Shown piece by piece: positions 1 through 10,504 of a stretch of 41,492 nucleotides of DNA. The number at the start of each line of letters is the position of its first letter. The stretch's first letter is position 1. The DNA lies in contig CAZUFC010000073.1 in NCBI GenBank assembly GCA_964619725.1, positions 1 to 41,492 of the forward strand, written 5' to 3'. Source of the stretch: an uncultured bacterium (GTDB taxonomy: Bacteria > CSSED10-310 > CAZUFC01). A model generated the notes under the pieces. The model did no database searches, had not been told where the DNA came from, and saw only the letters and a program-made list of their open reading frames with translations. The translations under genes and the position numbers were made by a program.

Positions 1-25
1 CGTTATCGGTTATTGAAAGCGCCCC

Positions 26-124
26 TGGAAAGCGGCAGGATGCCGCTTCTACTTTTACTTCTTTGATTTTTATTTAGGTTCAAGATCAAATGTTTTTCTG
101 AATGCAGACGCAGCATCCTGCTGC
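26..124. repeat. REP doublet (REPIN-like), GTAG-type palindromes
   Basis: AAGCGGCAGGATGCCGCTTCTAC at 29-52 (reverse complement GTAG+AAGCGGCATCCTGCCGCTT) and an inverted degenerate copy GCAGACGCAGCATCCTGCTGC at 104-124. The same doublet occurs at 37619-37724. Confidence 0.75.
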
Positions 125-469
125 ATTTTTTTCAGCTCTTTGCAAATTCATTAGCGACGATTCTATTCTGAATTTTGGAAATTTCAACTGCAGGCGTTAC
201 AATATAACCGGGAGACGCTCAGGTCCCGCTTACAGGTTTAAACAGGACTGATCGAAGGGTGATTGCAATTCGTACTGCATATAATAATTTATTGATTACG
301 GTCCTCATTGGAAAAGCTTTTCTGGGGACGTACTTGACGCAGGCGTTCAGCTACAGGATTCTCTTTATAGAATGTCCGTCTGCTATACCGATTACCGAAA
401 CGCCCGGACATCAGCTTATCAGTTTTTTTTTCGATCTGAATCTGAAAGTCATCAGAAGGAATATGACAG

Positions 470-1912
470 ATGTATGATGGTAAAATTGTGAAGTTCGGGC
501 CTTTTCGGTTCCTGCGCCAGTCTGCGATACTCCTTTTCATTATCGCATTCACCGTTTTAACCGGTTTATTCGCAGGAGTCGCTTTTTGTCTCGAAAACCC
601 GGAGGAAAAGGACTACAATGTAATCCTGATATCGATAGATGCGTTGCGGGCCGATCATTTATCCACCTACGGCTACAAACCTGCGGCCCCGGACATCGAA
701 TCATTCAGCCGCCGATGCACGGTTTTTTCTCAGGCTTACAGCCAGACGAGCTGGACTTTACCTTCCCATATATCAATGTTGACGTCGGAATATCCTTCTT
801 TTCACAAGGTAATTTTCAACGACAGAAGGTTGCCCCCTCAGAAAAGGACGTTGACCGAAATATTGCGGGACCACGGCTATAACACGGCGGCTTTCGTTTC
901 GGCTCCTTACGCCAAAGCATTATTCGGATTCGATCAGGGATTTAACACCTACGACGACAGCATCGCCGGAGACATGAAGCTGGGGTCTCACAGGCAGATC
1001 ACATCGACTCAACTCAACGACAAAATAAATTCCTGGCTGGACGCAGCCGGACCGGAAAAGTTTTTTCTGTTCCTCCATTACTGGGACGTTCACAGCGATT
1101 ATATTCCTCCATACCCTTATAACATAATGTTTTATCCGGAATATCAGGGCAACCTGGATGTGAACCGTTACTGGTTTAACAGCTCAATCAACAGCAATAT
1201 TTCAGAAAATGACCTCGCTTATCTTATTTCGCAATACGACGGGGAAATCGCCTGGGTGGATGCTCATATCGGAGATTTAATAAGAAAACTATACGACATG
1301 AATCTTATGAACCGCACCAACATCATCCTTACTTCCGATCATGGAGAGGAATTCTTCGAACACGGCGGGAAAACTCATCGAAAAACCATTTATGAAGAAG
1401 TCCTGCACGTTCCGTTGATCATGTACATACCCGATAGAAAACCGGAAATCATCAATACGCCTGCTACTCATGTCGATTTGCCCCCGACGGTCCTCAGTCT
1501 GCTGGGAAAATCCTACCCAAAAGAATTCCAGGGGCTTGATCTGTTTTCACCGGAGGATGATTTGAAACGTTTGCCGGAGTGGGCGGTCTTGAACCAGGAC
1601 AGACTGATATATCACGAGCTGCATAAAAAAGAGAGACTGCTGACTGTCGGAGCCCGTTTTTACATGCAAAATGAACCGCACATGCTGTTTTATCACATGA
1701 AAAAGAAACGGGATGCGGAGTTGATGAACGTATTGAGGGATAAAGATGTAACGGAGCGATTCATGCGCGATCATCCCCGGATATACGAAAAGGTCCTGGA
1801 TAAAATTAAATCGTATCTTAAGCAGTCCGGCAAAACCGCCGGGATGACCGGAACCCTCGATGAGGATACCAGGAAGCAGTTGGAAACGCTGGGGTATATT
1901 GAGGGATATTGA
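470..1912 (+). CDS. Sulfatase-like / alkaline phosphatase superfamily hydrolase-transferase with N-terminal membrane anchor
   Basis: Motifs ISIDALRADHL, SWTLPSH, LHYWDVH, YDGEI, TSDHGE, HVPLI and C-terminal LETLGY; hydrophobic N-terminus. Confidence 0.88.
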   Translation: MYDGKIVKFGPFRFLRQSAILLFIIAFTVLTGLFAGVAFCLENPEEKDYNVILISIDALRADHLSTYGYKPAAPDIESFSRRCTVFSQAYSQTSWTLPSHISMLTSEYPSFHKVIFNDRRLPPQKRTLTEILRDHGYNTAAFVSAPYAKALFGFDQGFNTYDDSIAGDMKLGSHRQITSTQLNDKINSWLDAAGPEKFFLFLHYWDVHSDYIPPYPYNIMFYPEYQGNLDVNRYWFNSSINSNISENDLAYLISQYDGEIAWVDAHIGDLIRKLYDMNLMNRTNIILTSDHGEEFFEHGGKTHRKTIYEEVLHVPLIMYIPDRKPEIINTPATHVDLPPTVLSLLGKSYPKEFQGLDLFSPEDDLKRLPEWAVLNQDRLIYHELHKKERLLTVGARFYMQNEPHMLFYHMKKKRDAELMNVLRDKDVTERFMRDHPRIYEKVLDKIKSYLKQSGKTAGMTGTLDEDTRKQLETLGYIEGY

Positions 1913-2005
1913 CGATTGGATATTATCGCCTATGAGGCTTTACAAACCCGTCTGGGTCGGCAGAATCGTCAACGGCCAATCGTCAATCGCCAATAGCCGA
2001 TAGGC
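1908..2005. repeat. Heptamer tandem array with inverted partner
   Basis: Six 7-mers AATCGTC AACGGCC AATCGTC AATCGCC AATAGCC GATAGGC (1964-2005). ATTGACGATTGG (1908-1919) is the perfect reverse complement of 1976-1987. Confidence 0.65.
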
Positions 2006-2107
2006 GCTCATGCGGAAAAGCATTTTTCTCCGCTTCTTCCGCTTCCGTCCGATAACTCCAAAAACGAATGCTTGACAACAATTTCCGTTTGTTTTAACTT
2101 TTTTTGC

Positions 2108-3676
2108 ATGAATCGCTTCCCGCCTTTTAGATTAACCGTTAATACAGCAGCATTGATAGTTGGAATAGCGGTTTCCCTGATTCCTGTTTTTTCGGCGGAC
2201 GTCTTTCCTTTTGTTGATTATCCGCTGCATCTGTCTATGATGCAGGATTTCAAGGAAGTTTTCACTCCTGGAACGCATGCTGCCGAAACTTACGATCCCC
2301 GGTTTTTCACTCCTTATCTGGGTATGTTTCTAACCGGGACGCTTTTCTCCCTGTTCTTTCCCATCGAATTCGCCGGAAAACTCATTATTGCTCTTTATAT
2401 TATTCTAACTCCGCTTTCGCTGGCTTATCTTTTCCGAAAATTAAAAGTCAACATGGCTTACGTCATTCTTACGCTTCCCTTTCTTTATAACTTCAACCTT
2501 TACTGGGGCTTCCTCCCCTATCTGCTGTCCGTTCCGCTGATGTTTTTCCTGCTCGGTTCACTGGCCGAAACGCGGCATCCGGTAACGACCGCCGGAATAT
2601 TAAAAAACAGCCTGTTATCTATCCTGGTGTTTTTCACTCATCTTTTTTCCTTCCTGATCATAATACCGTTATGGATCATCACGGGAATCATCAATTCAAC
2701 TTCCAGGCATCGCGAATGGCGGCAGTATCTGGCGCTTCTGCCTGGAGTAGGACTCCTGGGAATATGGTTTTTGAGTCTGCGTTATACGGAAGCGGATCGT
2801 TTTTTCTTCAAGAAGAACTTCCGTTTCGGTCCGTTGACGTACAAGCTGAAATTTTTCCCTGATTTCGTTATTTCCGGGGACCCTGATAACGTCAGCAGGC
2901 TGCTTTTCGCGGCTTTCACAATCATTTTTTTATTTATTTTGCTATTGGTTTTACGGGGAAAAAGAACGTTAGCCCAGCCGGAAGAACGAGCTGACGGCAG
3001 GAGGAAATTGTTACGGGCAGTCATCCCTGCTTATTTCATACTGCTATATTTGGCGATGCCGTACGCCATGCTGAATGCCGTCTGGCTTTTCAACAGAACG
3101 GCTTTCCTGATATGTTTGACATTGCCTTTGCTTTTGCCGAAGGGAAACAAGCGGGCGTCGTTAATGTGCATTGGGGCGGCGCTTTTGTTGACAATGATTC
3201 ACAGCAGTGATGCGTATTACAGGTTTAGAGGATTCCAGGAGGAAAGCCGTAACTTTTTCATTTGTCTGGAGAAGATGGACAAAGGGGAAAATTTGTATTC
3301 TGTTATGCTGAACGAAAGAAGCCAGTGGGCCGATCATACGCCTTATGCGCATTTTCCTTTTTATTACGCTTTACGCAAGAACGGGCATCTGCCGAACCCG
3401 TTTGCGGTCCTGGCTCATATGGTCCTGGAATATAAACCTGTTTTGAAAGAAGATATGGTTAAAGTGTGCTTCCCGCAAACGCGAGATCAAGCCGAAGCGC
3501 TCGTGCCCGAAACCGACAGTTTCCCTGTCCGTTATATTCTTTTCCGTATCGGACATCCCGATCATTTGACCCTGATAAGTGAATTCACAAAGGCGTCCGA
3601 AAGGAGCTGGAGTTATCCCTGCCGGCAAAAAGGCTGGTGGTTGCTTGAATCTGCAGAAACAGGGACACAGAAATAA
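2108..3676 (+). CDS. Polytopic membrane protein, possibly GT-C-fold glycosyltransferase
   Basis: About 10-12 hydrophobic segments, a DYPLH motif in the first loop and a soluble C-terminal domain; lies between the sulfatase and the ligase-like gene. The ORF is open from TTG 2072; ATG 2108 preferred. Confidence 0.6.
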   Translation: MNRFPPFRLTVNTAALIVGIAVSLIPVFSADVFPFVDYPLHLSMMQDFKEVFTPGTHAAETYDPRFFTPYLGMFLTGTLFSLFFPIEFAGKLIIALYIILTPLSLAYLFRKLKVNMAYVILTLPFLYNFNLYWGFLPYLLSVPLMFFLLGSLAETRHPVTTAGILKNSLLSILVFFTHLFSFLIIIPLWIITGIINSTSRHREWRQYLALLPGVGLLGIWFLSLRYTEADRFFFKKNFRFGPLTYKLKFFPDFVISGDPDNVSRLLFAAFTIIFLFILLLVLRGKRTLAQPEERADGRRKLLRAVIPAYFILLYLAMPYAMLNAVWLFNRTAFLICLTLPLLLPKGNKRASLMCIGAALLLTMIHSSDAYYRFRGFQEESRNFFICLEKMDKGENLYSVMLNERSQWADHTPYAHFPFYYALRKNGHLPNPFAVLAHMVLEYKPVLKEDMVKVCFPQTRDQAEALVPETDSFPVRYILFRIGHPDHLTLISEFTKASERSWSYPCRQKGWWLLESAETGTQK

Positions 3677-3709
3677 TCCTGGAATGTTAACTCACGAGAA
3701 AAATAAAAT

Positions 3710-6376
3710 ATGACCCTGAACGACAAAAAAACTGCCGCTTCAGTCTTAGGACTTAAAATACTCATCCTGGCGTTGATCACCTTCATCGCCGGCCCCTTTT
3801 CCAAACCCGACATTTCCCTGATCGTCTGGGTTTCCGTTATCTTTGCTGCAGGAGCCGCCTTCTGTCTATGGAAAAAACTCGGGAGCGTCGACCTTTTCAT
3901 ATACACCGCCGTGGGATCATATATCATCTTATGCCAGACACTCTCTTTACTTCCCGATTTCGCCGCCCGCGCTGAGGCATTCTACTTTTATTCCCTCGTT
4001 TTCATTATTCTGCTTTTTTATTTCGGCCTTAAAAATGAGAAGGATACGGGTTATTTCCTGGTGATATTCGGACTATGCTTGTGTCCCTTTACCGAATTGC
4101 ACCTGAAACGGAGCTTGTGGACCAATGCATTGTTCGTTTTCCTATTCATCAACGCAATAACCGATGGGACAGTTCGCCTCAGCCTGCAAAAAAAACATCT
4201 TCCTTCAGTCGTCTGTGCCGTCATATTTTTAATCACGCTTTTCATAAGCTCATTGAATTCCATCTATCCTTACGGAAGTTTCCATCAATTTTCTTTCTAC
4301 ATTTTCAATTTTCTGGCGTTCTCATGGATCGTACTGCGCGGCCGCAACGAAAAATTCAATGATGCGGTCATAAAGTTCCTTTTATTTGCAGCCGTGAGTT
4401 TCACCTTTTTCGGGTTAATGGAGATTGCAAGGCGGTGCGCCGCATTAGGCTGGGATGAAGGATTGACATTCCGAGCTTTCGTTTTCGACAGACACCCGAA
4501 TTACGTTACTTTTTACATAACTTTGGCAGCGCCTTTGTTGTTCGGGCAAATATTTAAAACGGGGAGTCTCAGGGGGAAATTGGGTTATGGAGCTGCAACC
4601 GCGGCGAGTCTGGTTTACTTGTTTTTCACATATTCCAGGACGGCGTGGTTGAGCATTCTACTTTTCGCGGGTCTGGGTTTCGTCATATTTTTCAGGCTGG
4701 TCAACCCCCGGCGCCTGGTCGTAGCCGCTTTGCTTTTAATAATTGTAACGGGTGCAGCAGCAATTTTTCATGAACAACTTCCAGCGCCGTTAGTGGAACG
4801 TTGGAACAGCATAACGGATTTGAGCGGTTCGCCCCGTTTAAAGGCCTGGAAATATATGCTGCAGATAACCGCGGATTATCCTGTGCTGGGTCCGGGACTG
4901 GATACGAAGCGCTTTTTGTTTCCTATGAAGAAGGCGGCGGCGGAGCCTTATCAGCCCGTCACCAGGCAGTATCTTATCGATTCGCATAATACTTATATCG
5001 AGATACTTTCGAGCAGCGGCATAATCGGTTTAATCGGCCTGCTGCTGTTCATAATCTCTTTTACTGCCCCGCTGATAAAAGCCCGGTCGATGCCTGCCAG
5101 GATATTTCTGATAACAGGCAGCGGGTTAATTTTTGATTTTTTATTTCATTATAGACTGCATGCAGCGGACACGGGAATATTAATCTGGATACTGGCGGCG
5201 CTGATGACGGTTCATACGCCTGATTCAGCCTTCGGCAGTTCCTTTAAAAAAGGCGTCCTGTTGGAAGGATCGCCGAAAGCAAAAAAAGTCATCACCTGGG
5301 TGGGAGTTATTCTCATTTTAATCATATCGATTCCACCCCTGGGACAACATATGGTGGAACACGGCAGAACAGCGCTGTCGAAAGGCAAATGGCGTAACGC
5401 CTATGCATTCTTCTCCGCGGCGTCATATCTGGAACCCGTCAACGCTCATCATCATTACCTGCTGGCCTTGTGGAACCAGAGTACCGGCAGCATGAACGAA
5501 GCGACGGAAAACTTCAGCAGAAGCGTTGAACTTCATCCTCATTATGCTTTCTACAGATACTATCTCGGACTGGCCTATCTGAATATGCGTCAGACGGAAA
5601 AGGCCGACGAAAGTCTCGAAACCGCTTTTCTCCTGGACCCCTTCAATGTCGAAGGGACCTATGCTTTTGAATCGGGAAAAGTCTGCTGGTTATTGGGAAA
5701 AAGAAACGAGGCTTTTCACAGAATGCTGATAGCCCTGGGTATGAACCCCAGTCTGGCGTTGAAATCATTCTGGGAAAAAGACGATAACGGAAAACTGCTT
5801 AATGCATTGCTGGAAGAACATGTGCGACAATCTGTCGAGCTGATGCGGAGCGGAAAATCCTGGGTGCAGGCCAAACTAAGGCTGCTTCATGCTGCGGCCG
5901 CGTTTGAGAAAATAAAGGCGTTCGACCAGGCGGAAAACTCCCTGAAGGTTATTTTAGACGCAAATCGGGACGACAGGGAAGCGGTTCTTCAGTTGACCGA
6001 ACTTTATATCAACCGGGAGAAATTCGATGAAGCGGAAAGACTTATACGAGATGCCCTTTCCCGAAACTACCATTACGGGATGTATCATAACGCCCTGGGT
6101 CGTATACTGACCGCAAAAAAAGAATATGAAAAAGCCATTCAAGAATTTCGTCTGGCCATTGATACCTGGACGTCGATAAGCCTGGATAATCTTGTCGCCC
6201 ATCATTTCCTGCACCGACTTTATGAAAAAACAGGACGGAATGAACTGGCGCTGCAGGAAAAACAGGCGCTGGATTTTCTTCATGAGCGAATAGGCGAGGA
6301 GCGCAAGGATATTGAAATTCATGCCGGGAACATAAATGAATTAAAAGAACTTGATCGAATGGAGCCTATTCTATAA
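3710..6376 (+). CDS. O-antigen ligase family (Wzy_C) membrane protein with C-terminal TPR repeats
   Basis: HPN, TYSRTAWL, R-x3-W, PVLGPG and SHNTYIEILSSSGIIG motifs; TPR-like helices (e.g. YHNALGRILTAKKEYEKAIQEFRLAI). Confidence 0.85.
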   Translation: MTLNDKKTAASVLGLKILILALITFIAGPFSKPDISLIVWVSVIFAAGAAFCLWKKLGSVDLFIYTAVGSYIILCQTLSLLPDFAARAEAFYFYSLVFIILLFYFGLKNEKDTGYFLVIFGLCLCPFTELHLKRSLWTNALFVFLFINAITDGTVRLSLQKKHLPSVVCAVIFLITLFISSLNSIYPYGSFHQFSFYIFNFLAFSWIVLRGRNEKFNDAVIKFLLFAAVSFTFFGLMEIARRCAALGWDEGLTFRAFVFDRHPNYVTFYITLAAPLLFGQIFKTGSLRGKLGYGAATAASLVYLFFTYSRTAWLSILLFAGLGFVIFFRLVNPRRLVVAALLLIIVTGAAAIFHEQLPAPLVERWNSITDLSGSPRLKAWKYMLQITADYPVLGPGLDTKRFLFPMKKAAAEPYQPVTRQYLIDSHNTYIEILSSSGIIGLIGLLLFIISFTAPLIKARSMPARIFLITGSGLIFDFLFHYRLHAADTGILIWILAALMTVHTPDSAFGSSFKKGVLLEGSPKAKKVITWVGVILILIISIPPLGQHMVEHGRTALSKGKWRNAYAFFSAASYLEPVNAHHHYLLALWNQSTGSMNEATENFSRSVELHPHYAFYRYYLGLAYLNMRQTEKADESLETAFLLDPFNVEGTYAFESGKVCWLLGKRNEAFHRMLIALGMNPSLALKSFWEKDDNGKLLNALLEEHVRQSVELMRSGKSWVQAKLRLLHAAAAFEKIKAFDQAENSLKVILDANRDDREAVLQLTELYINREKFDEAERLIRDALSRNYHYGMYHNALGRILTAKKEYEKAIQEFRLAIDTWTSISLDNLVAHHFLHRLYEKTGRNELALQEKQALDFLHERIGEERKDIEIHAGNINELKELDRMEPIL

Positions 6377-6505
6377 TAATAGAAGCAGAAGCGATGGCCT
6401 GCGAGATATCCCGGAATTTCATACTGACCGTACCTGAAAACAGACGCAGCCTGTGTTGAATCCTCGCAGCCGTTTTATTCGTTCAGGGAAAAAGGAGGAT
6501 AAGCA

Positions 6506-8143
6506 GTGAAGGAAAAAAATAAATTTTTAACAGCGATCCTGGCGGTCATGCTATTCATACCGGCGACGGCCTGGTCCGGCCTGCCGGAATTGACGGAAAT
6601 TTGCGGTTCCGGTTTCCTGGAAAATTTTCCGGGGGGCAAAATCGTGCACGTCAAGGGAGAACCTTACGAGATGGGATTCCAGTATGGTTACATGCTGGGG
6701 CATGATTTGAATGAACTTATCCCCTTGATGAAGGAAAAGGTATGCGAGGAATATGATATATCTCCGACAGCTTTCGAAATGATGAAGGGACTGATCGTAA
6801 AGTGCTACGAACCCTTTTTCCCTGGGAACATTCTGGAAGAGCTGGAGGGAATATATGCGGGCGCGGACCTTCGAGTCAGCGATCCTTTGACGTTTGATCC
6901 GGATGATTTGATCATGGTGAATGCGGTGATTGATGCCATGGCCACGTTCGATCTGGAAACGTTCGCATGCTGCGGTTTTGCAGCCTGGGGACCTTTGACT
7001 GAGGGGGGCAAGGTATTTTCAACCCGGAATATCGATCTTTTCACCGGTCTCGGCCTGGAGGATTATACGCTGGTTTCAATCATAAAAGAAAAGGGAAAAA
7101 TTCCCGTCGCCAATATAGGATATGCCGGTTTCATCGGTTGCGTTTCCGGGATGAGCGGCCTGGGAATGAGTTTCGCTCAAATTTGGGGTTACAGCGAAGA
7201 CAAAAAATACGGTACGCCCTGGCCGTTAACGACCCGCAAGATATTGCAGAACTGCATTACAGCGGATGATGCGGTCGCTGTTTTCAGTGAAGCGGAAAGA
7301 ACTTACGGCTCCAATTTCGTCTTCAGCGATGCGATTATTCCTTCCGGCGTTTCCATCGAAACGACAGGCTCCCTGATGGCCCATTTTTACGATAACGATC
7401 CCGCAGAACAGGAAGCGCAATACAACGGAGAATGCTATGCCGTCCGCATACCCAACGCGGTATTTCGCGCTTCCGTTGCGCTTGATCCCGAAATACGCAG
7501 TCATCAGACCAGCGACAACGGTCCGGACGGCGACCCGCGAGAGTCCTCAGCCTATAAAAAACGTTACAAGGGCCAGGCCGACGAAATTTTATATTACCGC
7601 GACAACGGCATACCCATCGGAGCGGATGAAGCCATCAACATTTCCAGAAAAGCGGCCATGAGAGGCAGTTCGATGCAATGCGTGGCCTATGCCGGCTCCG
7701 ACCTGGAATTCTGGGTCGCCAATTCTTACGTGGATGAATTCGGTGAAGTATACGATGCCTGGGAACAACCTTATAATCATGTAGACTTCAAAAAGTATCT
7801 CGGCACGGCGGATATTGAGCTGAACCAATCTTCTTATACCGCTGGAGATCGCTTTAAGTTGAACCTGAGAACGACAAACCTGGGGCCTGCCGCAAACCTG
7901 GACCTCTATTTCGCCGGCAGTATCGACAATCATTATTTCTTTTATCCTGAATTCACCGAAACGCCCGTTCCGCTGCGGGTTACGCTGGAACAATACGAAT
8001 ACGACCGCAGCAGGATAGAACTGGCGTTCGACATCGACGCGGGTATGCCTTCGGGATCATACGGCTGGCTGGCCGTTCTCGTCGATACCCAGGACGGAAG
8101 AATCGTCGATATCCACCAAAAATCTTTCCGCATAAATGACTGA
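6506..8143 (+). CDS. Secreted peptidase C45 / Ntn-hydrolase (acyl-CoA:6-APA acyltransferase-like) with C-terminal extension domain
   Basis: RBS AAGGAGG before GTG; signal peptide; G.PYEMG.QYG, EELEGI, nucleophile segment ACCGFAAWG, RNID. Confidence 0.85.
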   Translation: MKEKNKFLTAILAVMLFIPATAWSGLPELTEICGSGFLENFPGGKIVHVKGEPYEMGFQYGYMLGHDLNELIPLMKEKVCEEYDISPTAFEMMKGLIVKCYEPFFPGNILEELEGIYAGADLRVSDPLTFDPDDLIMVNAVIDAMATFDLETFACCGFAAWGPLTEGGKVFSTRNIDLFTGLGLEDYTLVSIIKEKGKIPVANIGYAGFIGCVSGMSGLGMSFAQIWGYSEDKKYGTPWPLTTRKILQNCITADDAVAVFSEAERTYGSNFVFSDAIIPSGVSIETTGSLMAHFYDNDPAEQEAQYNGECYAVRIPNAVFRASVALDPEIRSHQTSDNGPDGDPRESSAYKKRYKGQADEILYYRDNGIPIGADEAINISRKAAMRGSSMQCVAYAGSDLEFWVANSYVDEFGEVYDAWEQPYNHVDFKKYLGTADIELNQSSYTAGDRFKLNLRTTNLGPAANLDLYFAGSIDNHYFFYPEFTETPVPLRVTLEQYEYDRSRIELAFDIDAGMPSGSYGWLAVLVDTQDGRIVDIHQKSFRIND

Positions 8144-8182
8144 TCAATAACTGTCCGGAAACTCATTAAGGACTAAAACACA

Positions 8183-9181
8183 ATGTACCGCGACGGACTT
8201 GTCGGCGACCTTCACAGTCACGCCCTGATGCAGGCCGCTTATCTGGGTAAAAAACTCAACCGGAAACAAAAACCGCCCCTCTTCTGGAATCCTCTCCGAA
8301 GCCAGATCGATCTGGATAAACTATGCCAGGCCGGAGTCGATATACAGGTATTCACTATTTACCTCCCCTTCAAATATCCCTGGCCAGATTTTTACACGGG
8401 ATACCAGGCCATGATGAAAATATTCCGAAAATTGATGCAGAACGGGAAAGATAAAACAGGTCATGCCCGAAACGCAGAAGAAGCCGAATCACTCATTAAA
8501 CAAAAGAAAATCGCTGCCGTCGTTGCTGTTGAAGGCGGTCACTTGATCGACGGCCGACTCGAACGATTGGAGCAGATGAAGCGTGACGGCGTTCTTTACA
8601 TCACCCTCACGCATTTTATCAAAAACCGGATAGCGCAGGCCTGCACTTTCAAATTCTTCAGGGATGAAGGTTTGACAGGTTTCGGAAAAGAAACTTTACA
8701 GGAAATGGAACGCCTCGGCATAGCGCCTGATACCGCCCATTTGTCCGATAAAGCCTTCAACGATGTCGTCAAATATACCAAAGGTCCCCTCATCTGCAGT
8801 CATACCGGATTAAGAAAACTCTGCCGGATCGAACGCAACCTGACCGATGATGGCTTGAAGGCTATTGCTGAAAGAAACGGGATGGCGGGCATAGTCCTTT
8901 TCACTTCCTTTCTGAAAAAACACGCCCTTTTTCTCTCGCCGGAAGCCGTAATCGATCACATGCGACATGCCGTGGAAACGGCAGGAGATGAGCACGTCGG
9001 AATAGGAACCGATTTCGACGGTATGATCCTCACGCCCAAAGGCCTCCATGACATGTCACGTCTTCCCCGCCTCCTGGAAATGATTCACGATGAATTCCCA
9101 GGGGATGCCGCACGTAAAATCTGCGGCAATAATATCCTGAGGTTCATCCGGATTATGGACGGATCAAACTCGTTTTCTTAG
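8183..9181 (+). CDS. Membrane dipeptidase, peptidase family M19
   Basis: DLHSH, VEGG, ITLTH, DTAH, SHTG, RNLTD and GIGTDFDG motifs. Confidence 0.9.
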   Translation: MYRDGLVGDLHSHALMQAAYLGKKLNRKQKPPLFWNPLRSQIDLDKLCQAGVDIQVFTIYLPFKYPWPDFYTGYQAMMKIFRKLMQNGKDKTGHARNAEEAESLIKQKKIAAVVAVEGGHLIDGRLERLEQMKRDGVLYITLTHFIKNRIAQACTFKFFRDEGLTGFGKETLQEMERLGIAPDTAHLSDKAFNDVVKYTKGPLICSHTGLRKLCRIERNLTDDGLKAIAERNGMAGIVLFTSFLKKHALFLSPEAVIDHMRHAVETAGDEHVGIGTDFDGMILTPKGLHDMSRLPRLLEMIHDEFPGDAARKICGNNILRFIRIMDGSNSFS

Positions 9182-9228
9182 AACCATCATTGTGCTAAAC
9201 TTTGGCGAGGATGCGAGAAAGGGCTCCT

Positions 9229-9246
9229 TTCGTGAGACCTCACGAA
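9229..9246. promoter_or_regulatory. Perfect inverted repeat, possible operator
   Basis: TTCGTGAG-AC-CTCACGAA, 19 bp upstream of the nucleotidyltransferase start. Confidence 0.35.
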
Positions 9247-9265
9247 TCGGTGAGTTGTTGAAAGA

Positions 9266-9820
9266 ATGAATTTTAAATTAGTTCTTAACAAAATCATTTC
9301 AGACTTCAATGAGCAGAATATCCGCTATGCTCTTATCGGAGGAATAGCCCTGGGCGCATGGGGAGTGACAAGAGCTACCATTGATCTTGATTTCCTCGTT
9401 ATCCGGGAGGATATGCGAAAAGTACACGAAATTTTAAGGGGGCTGGGCTATAAAAAAGAATACCGTTCTGAAAATGTGTCTCAGTATATTGCTCAAGACA
9501 GGATGTTCGGAGAAATCGATTTTCTTCACGCTTTCAGAGCTCCCTCGCTCAAAATCATCAAAAGAGCAGTAACGAAAAAAATGTTCAATGAAACATTGCC
9601 CGTCAAAATAGCCGGGATTGAAGACCTGATTGGACTCAAAATACAGGCTATGGCTAATGACGAATCGAGAATAACACGCGATCTGGGGGATATTGAATCG
9701 CTGATGGCGACTAACAGAAAAAATATTGACTGGTCAATCATTGAAGAATACTTTGAACTGTTTGAATTAAACGAATTGCTGCATCGACTGCAGAACAAAT
9801 ATTTAACGGACGACAAATGA
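9266..9820 (+). CDS. Nucleotidyltransferase (Pol-beta superfamily, DUF6036/AbiEii-like)
   Basis: IGGIA...RATIDLDF motif, LIGLK and RDLGDI; AT-richer than the flanking genes. Confidence 0.8.
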   Translation: MNFKLVLNKIISDFNEQNIRYALIGGIALGAWGVTRATIDLDFLVIREDMRKVHEILRGLGYKKEYRSENVSQYIAQDRMFGEIDFLHAFRAPSLKIIKRAVTKKMFNETLPVKIAGIEDLIGLKIQAMANDESRITRDLGDIESLMATNRKNIDWSIIEEYFELFELNELLHRLQNKYLTDDK

Positions 9821-10105
9821 ATTACGGATGAAGCTGGAAAATGTCTTTGATGAAATATGCATGAATAGAGGTTATAATTTTCAGAATATTTCGTTATTAC
9901 AAATCGATTCAATTATAAAAAAACCAGCGATGTTTGGAATATGATCATAAAAAAGACAACTCCCCGATCAGCTAATGCTGAGCTTTCGACTGCCCCTTGC
10001 CCAAGCATAAGCGTATCTTTCCCCCTCTTTCGGAAGGGGAATTTCAGTAAGCTGTATTTTTTTGAGAAAAAGTGTAACTGTTTTTAACCGTCCCGGAAAA
10101 ATCAG

Positions 10106-10324
10106 ATGACGAAAAAAGAAAAAGACGACTTTCGACGACAGACAGAATCTGAATCATTCAAAAAAGAGATGCGCAAACTAGCCTCGAAGAAGAACAATCC
10201 CTTCATAAAAGACTGCCGCGTCAATCTGGACGCCTACATAGACTTTCTTACCCAGTACAACGAATTCATCAATCATCGATTAAAAGCCTTCAAAAAAATA
10301 AAAGGCGATAATATGAAATTGTGA
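10106..10324 (+). CDS. Small basic hypothetical protein, probable partner of the nucleotidyltransferase
   Basis: 72 aa, helical pattern (YIDFLTQYNEFINH...MKL), same AT-rich composition as 9266-9820. Confidence 0.6.
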   Translation: MTKKEKDDFRRQTESESFKKEMRKLASKKNNPFIKDCRVNLDAYIDFLTQYNEFINHRLKAFKKIKGDNMKL

Positions 10325-10355
10325 CTTCTAATCGTTCTCTTGTATTAAGGACTAT

Positions 10356-10504
10356 GGGACTGATCAAACAGAAGTTACACTTCATTTAAAACTTTTGAAG
10401 TTTTGTTTCAGTAATCGGGGTCGGTATCGGTATCGTAATCGAAACAAAATGATGGGATATTCTGTCGCATTTTAACATCAAAAGAGGTATTTTTGATCAA
10501 TGCC
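10356..10504 (+). mobile_element. MITE copy A
   Basis: Ends GGGACTGATCAAA / TTTGATCAATGCC; body aligns with 28147-28282 (reverse) and 34462-34624. Confidence 0.8.

Noticed and set aside
244-305. Possible degenerate MITE (AGGACTGATCGAA...)
   Set aside because: Only one weak end, no TSD and no body similarity.
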